This document shows, piece by piece, positions 50,005 to 63,532 of a DNA stretch of 64,000 nt. Position numbers and translations under genes: made by a program. The first letter of the stretch is position 1. Each line of letters opens with the position of its first letter. The notes under the pieces were generated by a model. That model ran no database searches. It saw only the letters and a list, made by a program, of their open reading frames with translations, and was not told the DNA's origin. Source of the DNA: Lama guanicoe (taxonomy: Eukaryota); the NCBI GenBank assembly GCA_013239625.1, contig MU053934.1, positions 6,280,399 through 6,344,398 on the forward strand. The letters run 5' to 3'.

Positions 50005-50997
50005 TAGTGTGGGTCCTTGACTAGCTCTGGCATTGGTGGATGGCTCTTTGGAGTTAAGTAGCTGCAACAGTGATGGGGGCCTAGCCTACACCTTGGAGGG
50101 GGCTGCTGGTCTGGTCATTTCCATCAGTCCAAACTCATTACCAGATTCCACTTGCAAGCAGTGATGTCCAAACAGTTCTGTTCTTCACTGATTAGCAAAA
50201 GTATATATGTTTAGCAAGAGAAAGGCACTCCTATTGGCCATTAAATGAATCCCTGTTGCACCTTAAGAACAACTTTACTCAGCCTTGGAGTCAATCTTTT
50301 CCTGTGCCCCAGATATCTATCCATCTAGATAGTCCCCAGGTTTTGCTGATTCACCCTTCCAAATGTTTTTGACACTGTTCTTCTTCCTTCCTGGTGATAC
50401 CTTCCTTGTCTGAGACTTTTTATTTCACATCTAGGTTTTTAGATTGGGCACATTCAGTCATTCTTTTATATTCTGGGTTCCTATTCTATGTCAGGTACCA
50501 GGCTGGGACCTGGAGGTTTAGAGATACATATAACAAGGTCCCTGTCCTCTGGAAGGGGAGAGAGATATAAATAAGCTGACAAGGGCTCTGCTAGAGGGGA
50601 AGTACGAGAGGTATAGGAGCTCAGGGGAGGCTCATATCTCTGCCTGAGTGGATCAGGGAAAGGCTTCCTGGAGGAGTAGAGGTCCAGCCTGATTCTTTGA
50701 GGAAGAATAGGAGTGTGTCTAGCGGAGAAGGTGTAGCTCAGTCAGTAGGCATTGACTAAATACTTCAAATGCCAAGGCCTGTGCTATGGCTTGTGCTGGG
50801 TTTGGGGAGACAGAGATGAATCAGATAAGTGCCTACTCTCAAAGATTTCACAGTCCCGTCCCGTCAGCCTAACTTTGTCAGGACCTCTCCATGAGGGCTG
50901 CCAGAAAATGTGCTGTTCAGAGCCCTCACTTCTCCTGGGAAGGCAGTGAAGAAACTACCAAACACTAATCCTGGCCTCTGCTATGTCACTGAGGTAG

Positions 50998-51097
50998 GGA
51001 TTGAGTCGGTGGTGAGGAGCCTACAGGGAAGCCTGAGGATGAACAACACTGAGCTGCACAAGCAGGGCCTGCTGCTCTTTGCTGAGATCCTGACTCG
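50998..51097 (+). CDS. MEI1: MEI1 exon 10
   Basis: gaggtag|[34 protein letters not shown]|gtgagc (weak acceptor). Confidence 0.9.
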
Positions 51098-51223
51098 GTG
51101 AGCAAAGTGGAGGAGCATCAGGCCTGTAGGGCCAGACTGGAGAAGGAAAGAAGTGAAGTATTTATTCCTGGTGGGGTCAGTGATAGGAGTCCACACACTC
51201 ATTCTTCATTTACAATCTCTCAG

Positions 51224-51358
51224 GCAGCCAGAGGAGATCAAGCTGTTCACAAGCTCAGCCATGTGCAGAGATGCTGGCCGTGCTCTCCAAGAGGCAGTGA
51301 GCAGCCCTGTGTTGGAGGTGGCGGCTGAGGCAGTGAAGGCCACCTCTGCCTTTCTGAG
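51224..51358 (+). CDS. MEI1: MEI1 exon 11
   Basis: ctctcag|[45 protein letters not shown]|gtgaga. Confidence 0.94.
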
Positions 51359-51760
51359 GTGAGAGACCCAGACAGGCTGAACTTCCCATCTCTGCACGAA
51401 CCTGAAGGCTTGTCAAAGCCAGAGCAGCTTACAGGGAATACTTGTTCTTTAGGTCAGCGAAATTTTGTTGAATTTTGTCTTTCTGCTCTTTCTGGAACGG
51501 CCATTCAGATATTGGGCATCATGGATTGGTCATCTAATTTTCTTTGTTTTCTGACAGTTTTTCATCTTTTTGTCATTATGTACTAGATTCTGGGAGATTT
51601 TATTGACTTTATCTTTTAACCCTACTATTGAGTGTTTTGTTTCTGCTTTCGTATTTTTAATTTGAAAGAGTTCTTTCCAATTCTCTGTACTTTTTAAAAT
51701 AGGATTTTATTCTGTATTTATTTTGTGGATGTAATTTTTTAAAACTCAGTCATTTGTTTT

Positions 51761-51882
51761 ATTTTATTTTATTTTTAGTGAAGTATAGTCAGTTATAATG
51801 TATCAGTTTCTGGTATACAACATAATGTCCCAGTCATGCATATATATACATATATTCATTTTCATGTTCTTTTTCATTAAAG
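51761..51882 (-). mobile_element. L1 3' end and A-rich tail fused to the U6 copy
   Basis: Matches the L1 3' end at 63535-63645 in this window; chimera flanked by CATTT(G/A)TTTT target-site duplication. Confidence 0.85.
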
Positions 51883-51989
51883 AAAAATGTGGAACGCTTC
51901 ACAAATTTGCGTGTCATCCTTGCGCAGGGGCCATGCCAATCTTCGTTGTATCATTCCAATTTTAGCATATGTGCTGCTGAAGCAAGCAC
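51883..51989 (-). pseudogene. U6 snRNA retrocopy (5' part of a U6/L1 chimera)
   Basis: Reverse complement GTGCTTGCTTCAGCAGCACATATGCTAAAATTGG...GCGTTCCACATTTTT is full-length U6; ACAGAGA box mutated to ACAACGA. Confidence 0.93.
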
Positions 51990-53809
51990 CATTTATTTTA
52001 ATCAAGACTTTTCCCCCCACTTCCTTTCCTACTAATTTTTCCTTCTGCCTGAAATCCTCTTCCCTTGAATCTTTGCACAACTGGCCTCTTCCCATCACTC
52101 AGGTCTCGTTCAGAGCATCCTTCCCTTACTGACCCATTTGACTATTATAGTACCTGCCAAACACTTGACAGTTCTTGTTTATTCATTTGTTCTGTGTCTC
52201 CCCTGCTATATAATGTAATTTCCAAGAGATCAGGGACCATGTCAGTTTTCTGACTGCTGTACGCCTCACTCCTAATAGATAGTCAGTATATGAATGATGG
52301 ATGTTAAAGTGGATGGTGAGACTGAGAGATCCTAGGGTCAAGATGGGAACACATTCCTTAGTAAGAGCTTGATATCTTGAAAAGACTAGTGGAGAAGACC
52401 TATATTTATTTGTTTATTTATATAGGAAGTTTTACATTGTTTCTGTGTTTTCCCTTTAAGAAATCCAACAAAGTAATATATTTAAATGATAAAAAGTAAA
52501 ATATGCTGAAGGTTTATAATGAAAAGGAACAGTCCCCTGTCCTTACTTCCTAAAGGAAACTAATTTTAACTCGTTTTGGTTTTAGTTCTGGTGATTTATC
52601 TCCCTAAATCTAAATAATGTGCTTGTAATGCTATTTCTTTATTTGTCAATTTAGGACATTATTCATGACTCACCAGTAAGAAAGATCAAGACTTAGCTCA
52701 CATTATTTTGCCTTCTCTACATTTCCTTGGCATTTTTGCTAGTTAATATCTTATATCTTCAAACTTTTAAATGATATACTTTAAACTTGTATTTCTTGTT
52801 TCCTCAACTTGAAGCAGTATCTCTTGACTGCCTGCTTGGTTAGCTGAGTATATTGGCACTCCCATTCTTCCTTTCCCTTCTCCCCACCTTCTACTTCTCC
52901 ATGTCAGCTGTACCTATGATTTTGAATTGTACCTTTAATTTATGCTGTAAAGGTCATTCACATTTATAGTCTCTTCTGTAACCATATTTAAGTCTTTGTC
53001 ATTTGACTCTAGATTGCTTCTAAAAATTGAAACCAAAAATAGCATTTACATTATAATGGCTTCAGTTGGTCTTTTTCCCCGTTTGTGCTTTCCTGGATTT
53101 GAATCTCTAAATCTGGGGCATGAACCCCTACAAGGCTGAGATTAGTAAACCAACAGGGTAACAAAGGCATAGAGAAGAGCAAAAGTCAATCAGAAGTTCC
53201 CATGCAGAGCTGGAAGTCTCCTAGGAGGTTGGTGTTATGGGGGATTGGTACCACCTTTCAAGCAGGAGGTTGTATTTGAGCTGTGCTATGAGGGATGAAA
53301 GTTTTAGATTTGTGGAAGGATCAGAGTTGGCCAAAACATGTGGGCAAGAAAGATTAGGGATTACTGAGGGTACAGTAGCCAGTCTGGCCAACAGGTTGTA
53401 TGAAGGGGAATAGTACATGAAGAAGCCAGAAAGCTGATTGGGTCAGAGTTGTGGAGAGTAATAGGTAGTGGGCTGATTATTATCCTTAGATGATTTTACT
53501 TTTGACTTGAATTTCCCAGACTGTTTACTGAGGTGGTCCCTCTGAGGTGGAGTGGTTCAGATGGTCTCTGGGAAGGAGGAATGAGGAGTGAGAACTGTTG
53601 AAAGAATTTAAAGATGACCAAACCAGGCTTGACAATCGGTGTAGGATAGAAAGTTAGAACTTCCAGGGATGAAGAGGGAAAGGGGAAATCAAGCCCTCAT
53701 TATATACAGTTAACTGAGCACCTATTAGTAGGCCCAACAGATTGCTCTCAGTGTTAAAAAAAAAAGGAGGCCCAGAAATGAGGGTTAACATAGGTTTCTC
53801 CTTAGTTAC

Positions 53810-54232
53810 TGCACTAGATTGAAATAGCTTCCCTCTAAAATCCATGCCCACCCATAACCTGTGAACATGACCCTATTTGGAAATATGGCATTTGTAGTTA
53901 CAGCTGAATTAAGATGTGTATGGGCCCCTAAATCCAGTGGCTGGAGCTCTTATAAGGGAAAGGGGGATTTGGACACAGATATACACTGAGGGCCATGTGA
54001 AGAAGCAGGCAGAAATTGAAATGATGCAGCTATAAGCCAAGGAATGACAAGGATTGCCCACAACCACTGGAAGCTGAGAGGCAAGGCAGGATTCCTCCCT
54101 AGAGTCTTTGGAGGGAGCCAACACCTTGGTTTCAGACTTCTAGCCCCTAGAACTATGTGGGAATAAATTTCTGATATTTTAAGCCACACAGTTTGTGGTA
54201 ATTTATCATATCATCCCTAGGAAATCAATACA
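53810..54232 (+). mobile_element. MLT1-like LTR
   Basis: tgtgaacatgaccctatttggaaata...ccctagaactatgtgggaataaatttctg...ccctaggaaa. Confidence 0.75.
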
Positions 54233-55145
54233 GCTAAATTATACCCTGTCAAATAGTCATTTATGTAACATCTTTTTTATTTAGCATCAATTTACAATGC
54301 ATCTACCTCTGTTTAGGTGAAATGAAAAGGCAGAACTGTTACCTGGCCTCTTGGAGCTCACAATTAGACTCATCAATGACTCTTGTCTCCTCTGAGTCTA
54401 TAGAATATGAAAGTTCAGATGGACCCTAAGTGTTACTTTCCACATTTACCCCACACTCAAAATGATTGACTCTCCAAAAGTAATTTCCAGTCTTTGCTTA
54501 TAATCTCCAGGAATAGGGAACTCACTTCTTCCTAGATAGTCCCCTCTACCTTTATAGAGTCTTGACTCTCAGAAAATTCTTCCTTATATTCCTGAAATAA
54601 AATCTGGGTCCTCATAACATTTACCTATTGAACTTGGTTTTCCTCATCAAGGTAACAGAGAGCAAATTTGATCTGTCTTCACCAAGAGAGCTTATCACTT
54701 ACTTGACATCATTGGCCATAGACATCTCTTGATGCACCTCCAGTTCTAGATAGTCCTTCTTTCACCAGGAGGCCTTCTCAGTGAGAAAACCCTCTGTATC
54801 CTTAATAACAATAATAATATACATAGATGTCATTTATAAGGACTTACTATCTAGTAAGCATCATGCTGAGTGTTTGACATATATTATCCAATTTGATCCT
54901 TAGAATAATTCTGTAAGAAGAGTACTGTTAACTTTCACTTAATAGATGAGGAAACTGAGATCTGGAGAGGATAGGGAATGTGCACAGTCATGCAGCTAGA
55001 TAAGTGTTAGAGCAAGGATTTTTATCAGATCAGATTCTGGACCCATGTTCTGATTCTCCACATGCCCCCCATCAGCCGAGAACCTGAGGGTATCTTAGAG
55101 TACCGTTACCCCACAGTAAGCCTGCCTTTGTCTCTCTGGATGCAG

Positions 55146-55260
55146 GAAGGACCATCAGAGTGCTCTACCTGTGCTGTACAAGGAACTACAGGCCTTGCTC
55201 GAAGCCATGCTGAGCCGGTGTGCAGATCTTTCCCAGATCCCATTGAACTGGAGGCCCCTG
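55146..55260 (+). CDS. MEI1: MEI1 exon 12
   Basis: atgcag|[38 protein letters not shown]|gtcagt. Confidence 0.92.
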
Positions 55261-56113
55261 GTCAGTGCACTGCAGCCTGCTTCTTCTGGAGAGCATGCTG
55301 TAATGTCTTTAGAAGATAATTAGTACATTGCATTACCTTTATATGCTACTTTATAGCTTTTTCTCATGCACACATACCTATAATGAGATGTTATTTTTTT
55401 TCCTAACTGCAGAGCTGTGAGGCTTAATAATTGTTATCCTTATTAGGAAACTGAAGTGACAGGGATTAAATAATTTTTCTCTAAGGTCCAAAATTAGCAA
55501 GTTTGGATAGTAAATCCCAGGGTGTTTGGACCCAAGCATACTACACACTTTGTCTTTCGTATCATCCAAGCAGGTATGGTAAACATGCTCACTAAATTAT
55601 TTAAGGCTGGATTCACTAGAACATTAGAATCTGGCCAGTGTGTAGTGTGTCAGAATTGTTAGCTTTTAATGGTCCATGGACTTAAAATATCAGAAAAGAT
55701 ACTGTTAATGTGAGTGCTGATTATGTTTTTCAAGATTAACTTTGGAAACTAAGCTCTTCACACCTGATGGGGTAGGGATTTTTGTGTGTTTTGGAGCAAC
55801 TAACATGGACATTACAGCCAGTTAGGCTAATGTCTACCAGCTTGTGACAGCTTTCTGCATATAATAGAACAAAAACCACTCCTATGGTTCACAGGAGGCA
55901 GGTAGTTCATATTTCCACCTTCTACTATTTTTTAAAGGAGGTATTAGATGGCTATATTTGTGAGGATATACCTAGGATCTCCTGGAAAGTGTTAGGTGTT
56001 TGGGATTGGCAGACTCCAGTGTGAGAGGAAGAGGTCTGTAGTCCTCTAAGCAAAGACTGGGACACACAGTAGGTACTTGACCAATAATTTCCTCTATTTC
56101 CTTCTCACCTCAG

Positions 56114-56205
56114 GGCCATGCCTCCAGCAGAGATTCAGAGAAGGCCATTCTTGGAAGGGGAAAGTTCCTCCTGAGCACTCTGGAGGGATTTAGGAATGCC
56201 TGCAG
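56114..56205 (+). CDS. MEI1: MEI1 exon 13
   Basis: cctcag|[31 protein letters not shown]|gtgagg. Confidence 0.93.
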
Positions 56206-57025
56206 GTGAGGGGCCTCTGTGGTCTGCGGTGGTAGCAGTATGGAAGATGAGGGTAAAAAGGAATCAGACAAAGGATAAAGTTTTGGAAGCAATACTTGAT
56301 CTCTGATGCTTTGCTGCATAGGGAGAGGACTTCAGCTGGGGTGGAGGTTGGGCATGTGTTTGGGGTGTGGAGGGGGTGTATGGAGGAGGTGTGAGGACAA
56401 GTAGCTAGAATAGGAGATTTCTAAAGATTCCCTCCTGGTGAAGCTTTCATTACTGTGCGACAAGGTTGTATCTCATTTAGCTTTGTTTCTCTTCCCAGAT
56501 AACCTAGCCCTTTAGGTGTTCACTGAGAGCTTGTTTGATAAATTCAGTTCACTTTAACAAATGTATCTCCTGTGTGCCAGGCCTGGTGGTAGATAGTGGG
56601 AATAGAAAGATAAATCAGATTAGCTCCTGCCCACATGGAGCTTACTGTCTCTTGCAGAAGAGAGTTTTGTTTACATATGTGGAATTCATTAGGTTGTCAC
56701 AAATCAGGGGAAGGCATTATGGGTAGAGAGAGCATCATATGTAAAGGCAGAGATGTGAAACAGCAAACAGCATGGGATGCTCAGGGAAGTACATGTAGTA
56801 GGGTGGAAGAGTCATGTATTATGAGAGAGAGAGGATAGGGAGCACGAAGCTGGAGAGGTAGCCAAAGACCAGGTTCTCCCTCACTGAGACCTCTTGAATT
56901 TTTGCTAGATCTACTGATAGGGATACTTTCCCTAGACTCTGAGCTTGGGTATTCCCCTGGGAGGATGCTTTTAACCTTTATGTTACATTGGTAGTAGTAG
57001 ATACACTCACACATTGATTTCTCAG

Positions 57026-57167
57026 GTTGGCTGTGGAATTCCAGAATGAGCCTTCAGCCCAGGAGAATCCATTCACAGCTCCCAATGCTGAGAAAGAAGA
57101 CACCTTGGAGGCCTTCTCAGAATTTCTTCTCAGTGCCTGTGACTCCCTGTGTATCCCCATGGTGCTG
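57026..57167 (+). CDS. MEI1: MEI1 exon 14
   Basis: ttctcag|[47 protein letters not shown]|gtaggt. Confidence 0.94.
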
Positions 57168-58778
57168 GTAGGTTCCCCTGAGCCATCGACAGCATGAAGC
57201 CTGGGGAGGAGAAGGATGTGAGAGCAAACCAGGCTGAGAGGCACAAGGCAGTGAGTCGACTACTCAACTGGACCTCCTGAGGGTCTCAGCAGTGTTGTTC
57301 TTGTGGCCACTTTTCCTTTGGTTTTAAAATTGTAGCATAGTGTTTTATTCTAAAACTAATAGATGCCACTTAAGAAAAACTAGAAAGCAGTAATAATAAT
57401 CTAATAAATAGGTAATGTTAATGAAATGCTAAATGCCTTATATTTGTAACTTAATTTGATCCTGCAATGATGCTGTGAAATAGGTCCTGTAATTTCCCCC
57501 AACTTAAAGATGAGGCTGTCATGTTTCTATAGTTATAAAGCAAGTACATGACAGTGCTGAGATTTGAACCCATGTGTTTTTCTGCATAGTAATGAGCAGC
57601 AGGAATATCTGTGATTTAGACCTAACTAAGGAACACATGTGACTTCTGTAAAATGAGACATGGCCACTGTGAAGAGAGATCTAGCTTTGATCTGACTTGA
57701 GATGGAGGTGGTAGGAGGAGCAGGGTCTAGGGCTGCTGACTTCCCAGATGACCTTACGTGAGTCCTGTCCTGTTTGAGGTTTGGACATCCTGTGAGCCAG
57801 CGAAGAGCCTATTAGTTGGGAAAGGATAGCTCGAAAACACCCACAGTAGGAACAGTAGGTGGCAGCAGGGAAGCATTTTCTGGTTCTAATGGAAGAGAGC
57901 CTCTTTGCCTTGAAGAAGTCTTTAAGCCAGCATGCGAGGGTCTTCAGGTGGGCAACTGTCAGGACATGGGTTGCAGCCCTTGTTGGCGTGCACCAACATT
58001 AACGCTTGGGCAATTCACATTAGTTTCCTCATCTGCTCTCCCTTCCTCTTAGATTTATGAAGTGTTAGAGCTTTATCTGGAACCAGGTATAGAATTACTG
58101 TATTATTCTTTCTTTTAACTTTTCTATATTTTACACATTTTCTTTAATGAGCATCTATTACTTTTTTAATTTAAAAAAAGTTGGCTTAAAAACCACATGA
58201 AAGATATCTATAAGAACCATGTCCCTGAGGCACCGACTGTTTACATATAGGGAAGAGATACAGTGAGAGGGGAGGGGGTGACTGACCTAAGGGCACACAG
58301 CAACTTTGTGCAGAGCTTAAAATAGAGCCCAAATTTCTCTACTATTAATTCAGAGCTCTGTTTACCACATCAGGCTGCCTCATGATTCTGTTCAAAGGTC
58401 ACATGAAAAATAAATGTGAAGGCAGTTTGTAAACTATATTATTGTATGTTAGAAACGCGAGTGTCACTCAGCATTATGTTTAAAAAGTGTCTTTTACACA
58501 TCAGATCTCATTTGTTTCTGGGAGGTAGGACTGGTTATTTCTGTTTCACTTCTTTTGGTGGAGGCCCAGAGAGGTGAAGGATCATGCACAGTTTGTGAAG
58601 TGGCAGATGTAAGCCTTGGATGTGGGCTTGTAACTGCAGAGCCCCTAGCTTTTTTGTGCTTTTCAAATGAAGGGGTTTAGTCTATGATTGCTAGATTTGA
58701 TACCAGTTTTGCTGATGCTCTCCCTTCTTCAAAGGCTAAGTCCTGATGGGCTGTGTTCTCCCCTCTGGTTCTTTGCAG

Positions 58779-58890
58779 AGATACTCGGAGCAGGCTACTC
58801 ACCCAGCCTTGATGGAGGTTTTCCTCTCGATTCTGCACAGCCTTTTTGTCATCGTCCCTCACATGAAGGAGAAATTCTCCAAGAAGCTTG
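58779..58890 (+). CDS. MEI1: MEI1 exon 15
   Basis: tttgcag|[37 protein letters not shown]|gtaggg. Confidence 0.94.
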
Positions 58891-59072
58891 GTAGGGAGCT
58901 GGCAGGTGTGGAATTTGAGAGGGAGGCAGGCTGCTTGGGCAGCTGCTCAGAGTTCTCAAAGAGAGCATAGCCTGTAGATGAGAGGCTTATGTATTCATTC
59001 AGAATCAGCATCCACACTCTACCCAGGGTTGAGTGGAAGGGAATGTCATCCAGCAATCAAAAGTCCTTAAAG

Positions 59073-59300
59073 GCAGTTCTCAAATTAATTGATACTTTTT
59101 GAGAATGTCAAGGAAGTTCCAGTTCAGAGCCCACAGCACACCTCTTTCCCCATTAATCTCATACTTCACATTCCCTCGGATCTCACAAGATGTTTAGCAT
59201 CTCTGGCTCCTGAGCACTGAATGCCAGAAATATCCCCAGTCATTGTGACAGGTGAAAAATGTCCCCACATACTCGAAAATGCCTTCTAGACGAGTGGCAG
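59073..59300. mobile_element. MER20-like MITE remnant
   Basis: caagatgtttagcatctctgg...ccccagtcattgtgacagg...aaaatgtcccca. Confidence 0.55.
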
Positions 59301-59611
59301 CACTCTGTATGAAAGATACTATCTATACTGTACTGAATTACCTTCCTAAAATTGAACCCAGGTGGCTCTTGACTCCTTCAGCCTTTTCCAGTACTTCTTG
59401 CATGTATATATTTTCTTCTCTCAGTCATTTTTTTCTCTTTCAAATGTAAGCCTTCCTTTCCCATGTCTCCAGTTTTCACCCTGTAAGTGCCTCAATCTGC
59501 AGAATAAGCCCAGGAATCAGAGTCAGAGTCTCCTTTATCCTCCTTAGAAAGTGTAGTGATGATGAAAATAGGAAGTGGGGTTAACCAAAAACAGAAAAGG
59601 GAGTAGAGAGT

Positions 59612-59717
59612 GTGCTCGCTTTGGCAGCACATATACTAAAATTGGAACAAAACAGAGAAGATTAGCATGGCCCCTGCACAAGGATGACATGCAAATTCGT
59701 GAAGTGTTCCATATTTT
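59612..59717 (+). pseudogene. Full-length U6 snRNA processed pseudogene
   Basis: GTGCTCGCTTTGGCAGCACATATACTAAAATTGG...TTCCATATTTT plus A tail; 18-bp TSD AGAAAAGGGAGTAGAGAG at 59593-59610 and 59731-59748. Confidence 0.95.
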
Positions 59718-60614
59718 AAAAAAGGAAAAAAGAAAAGGGAGTAGAGAGAATGATAGTAATAATTAACAACTAATAATAATTTTTATGAAATTATTACTAT
59801 GTTTTAGATACTGTTTTAAATGCTTTCATGTATTAAGTCATTTAATTATCTGAAAACTCTAGAAGTACTTACTATGATTGTCCTCATTCTGCTGATGAAA
59901 CTCAGAGAGGTTGAGCAACTTTCCAAAGGTCACACAGGAAGTGATGTGCCCAGGATTCAAACTCAGGGAATCTAATCTGGCTCTAGAGTCTGCTTTTTAA
60001 ATCTCTGTGCTATGCTTGCCCTTTATCATTATCATTTACTGTCTTTTCTTTTATTTCTTACACATAGCATGCAGTGGAAATTCTACCATAGAGAAGTAGC
60101 CAGGGCTCAGTTGTGCGGGGCCTTGTTGATCATGTCAGGAATTTGGACTTTATCTTAGGTACTTGAGTGTTAAAGAAGGGGAACGACAGGCTCAGATTGC
60201 TGATTTGAAAAGATTCTTCTTGGAATAGTGTGGACCATGAGTTAGAGGGAGGCAAGATTGGAGGCAAATAGTTCAGCCTCTTGCATTAACTCAGGTTGGT
60301 GTTAGGAACTAAGGTTGTGTTGGTGGGTGGGGTGGGAGGGATAGAACAATTAGATGTAGGGCATGAGGGAGAGGGAATAGTTTAGGGTGATACCTTGGCA
60401 TCTGTCTGCCGTCTAGGTGGATGGTGGTGTTTTTTTATTGAGAGGAGGCTCACTATAGGAGGATCTGGTTTGAGAAGGCAATAGAGGATGTCATCAATTT
60501 GGATGTGGGTACGCATGAGATGCCTGTTGCATGTCCCAGTGGAGCTGTTAGGTAGGTAATTGACTATGTGTCTGAAGTCAAGGGAGAGATCTGATCTTTA
60601 AATACAATATCAAC

Positions 60615-61076
60615 TAATGGAAAAAACACATGACGTAGAAGTTGTGAGTTAACTTTTATTTGGGGAACTTACTAAGGACTATAGCCCAGGAGATAGCCTA
60701 TCAGATAGTTCTGAGGAACTGATCCGAAGAGGTAAGGGAGGAGCCAGAGTATGTATGAACTTTTTTGCTGGGAAAATATGTAGTCAAGCATGAGAAGATT
60801 ACTGTTAGTCACAAAGAACAAACATCTCAAGTTACTGAATTCTAGTGCTTTTTTGTATATGGGAAAGATGCAAGGATCTAGAGTCATTTGAAATTTTTCC
60901 TTAGATATGCATCTTAACTATCTAGGGGCCAGTATATCCAAAGCACAGAATGTTTCCTGGTTTTTTTCCATCATGAGTTCCCCTCAGGGCGCACTGTCAG
61001 TGGGCTGAGTGACTGCAGTGGCTCACGGCTTGATCCTTGAAGAACTGGGATGGCGGGCAACATTGTTTTCCTTACA
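60615..61076 (-). mobile_element. ERV LTR (solo, reverse orientation)
   Basis: Ends ...ccttaca (TGTAAGG on -); TTTATT at 60655-60660 is the LTR polyA signal on -; left boundary approximate. Confidence 0.65.
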
Positions 61077-61991
61077 GTAGGTATAGAAGGTTTCAGCATC
61101 CAGCCTTTCAGTCAGTTAATAAACATTTATTGGGTACCTACTACATGAAAGGCACTGTCCTAGAGCAGAGAATGTAGCAGTGACCAAAATAGACCCCTGT
61201 TCTTGTGGGGCCGATTCTCTAGTGGGGAGCAGGCGAGATTCCTCAAGGGTGTGTAAAATGAGGTGATCAAAGGACCAAGACAAAGTCAAGCACAATATTC
61301 AATGGTCAGGAGGAGCAGAAGACTCCAAAGAATGCTAATAAGGAACAGTTGGAGAGGAAGGAAGAAAACCAGAAGAATATGACATTAGGGAAGCCAAGTG
61401 AAGAGAGTTTTGTAGATTAGGGAGTGGTCATGAGTGTCAAATGCATCCCAGAAGTAAAACGAGGACTGAAAAATGTCCCATCCATTAGCCTTAGGATAGA
61501 ATACAGATTCTCCCCAACATTGGAGCGGGTGTGGTGGGAACTCTTGATGTACTTGTCTAGAATCCTGCCTTTACAGGGGCCCAGGATAGGCAGGACAGAC
61601 ATCAGTTTTGAGAGAGAGCTGCAGGCTGGTGTGGGAATAGAGAGACTGGGAAAGTCAGGCAAAGCAGGGGCCTGGGCCAGGGTCACCAGCTAATGCAAAA
61701 TGTCCATCAGAAAGGAAGATGAACATTTATTCAGCATCTACTCAGAGCTGAGTATTTATTAGATGTTCTATATGCATTTATCTTACTTAGTTTTACAACA
61801 ACCTGTGAGGTATAGATATCGAAACAGAATCTCAGAGAATTTAAATAAATGTTCCAGATTCACACTACTAGATGTGATGGAGCACATTTTGAACCTAGGT
61901 CTGTGTGACTCCAAAACTAGAACCACCCAGACTTAGGAATCTCTGTAACGAGCCTGGTTTAAGTCTCTACTTTCTTCCTACTTCTCCCAAG

Positions 61992-62052
61992 CTGCCTCAT
62001 CCTTCATACAACTGACCCTGGAACTGAAGGCCAGGTTCTGCAGCGGCCTGAG
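61992..62052 (+). CDS. MEI1: MEI1 exon 16
   Basis: ctcccaag|AASSFIQLTLELKARFCSGLS|gtatgt. Confidence 0.92.
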
Positions 62053-63066
62053 GTATGTATGATCCCAGGTAAAGATAGTGGCAACGGGGTCAAATGTCCT
62101 TCTTCACTGGACAAGTGGAAGTTTCTGATTGATGTGGTTTAGTCATAGGATTGCGGGGGGATTGACACAATGTCAATTACTCAGCAACTGGTGGTATGAG
62201 CTAGACATTCTTCTGTAGTTTTATTTAATCTAGTTCTTATAAGACTCTCATTCCATGTGATACTTGGATAAGCACCTGTAACATCAAAACTAGAAGGGCT
62301 CTTAGAGATCATTTGTCTAACCTCACATTTTATAAACAAGGAAGCTGAAGCCCTCACAGGGTAGTTGATGCAGTGTCCGTTGAGACAGTCCTGTTCTTAA
62401 TTGCTGCCAGACCAGCAGTTCCAGAGGAGAAAGTCTCTTATTCAAAGTAGAGAGGTTGCTGCCTCAGTCTGTCTTGTTAGGTTTTTAGAGCAGCCTTCTG
62501 TGCCTCCCCATTTTTGATTTACCACCTGTCTCTGCATTTACTTGGCAGATTCCACTTGTTACTGCCTATAGCCCTCAAGGTGACCACAGTGCAGTATCTA
62601 GCTCTCCTTCCATATCTCTGAATACAACAGCAAACTTTCAGGAGAGAATATGGGGATCCACCTGGATTCAAAGTCATAATGTTGGATGTTTGTAGTTCTT
62701 CTTAACTACCCATTTTTGGTTCAATACCTTCCTCTTTTCTGGTACTCCCAGCCCTTTCCTGATCCAAGAACACTTTTGTTTATATGTTTTACTAAATTGG
62801 AGCTTACTAGCCCTCCTTGATTTATTTTTTTCAGTCAACTTTTAGTGAATGCCTATATGGGCCAAGTGCCTAAGTTACATCTGTGGGCAGCAGGTTCCAT
62901 ACTTACTTTTCATAGCCACCTCTGGGCCTCTACCAGGGCCATAGTTAGAATTTCATTGGGCTCTGACACAAAGCAGTGGTGCTTCAGTACATGGCAGGGA
63001 TAATGCTGTGCCAGCCAGAGTAGCAATGTTCTTTCTCTTGTTCTCTTTTCCTCTTCTCCCTCTAAG

Positions 63067-63164
63067 TCACTCAGCCCTAAACCAGGTGTGTTCCAGTTTC
63101 CTCTACTACATGTGCATCAACCTCCTCTCAGCTCCAGAGAAGACAGGACTACCTTCCCAAGAAG
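63067..63164 (+). CDS. MEI1: MEI1 exon 17 (gene continues beyond the window)
   Basis: ctctaag|[32 protein letters not shown]|gtaaga; exons 1-17 total 1948 nt with no stop. Confidence 0.92.
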
Positions 63165-63532
63165 GTAAGATGCTGTAGTTTGGCCACTCATGAGGTCCTT
63201 GGTGGTATTTTAGAGTCTGGATGCCTTGCTGATTTGCTGAGTAGTGAGCCAGAACAATGATAAGATATCTTGGCTTAAAGCCACCTAGAGGAACCATGGA
63301 ATCATGAAATGATGAAACTGTAGGTTACCTCCTAGGGAGGTGAGATAATAGAATCAGAAAGCCATGGAATCCAAGGTTCTTGGACCTTTAGACTTTAAGG
63401 GTCGAAAAGACCCTAAAGTTCATCAAGACCAGTTCCTCCCCGTGACCGTCTTCTCTGCATCGTCCCTCACACCAGGCCTCTTGCTCTCTGCTTGTTACCT
63501 CCAGAGACTCTGCTCAAAGTATCTTAAAAACA

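Noticed and set aside
59612..59717. Functional U6 snRNA gene (also 51883-51989)
   Set aside because: TSDs, A tails and CpG-decay substitutions, with no evident upstream PSE/TATA, mark both as retrocopies.
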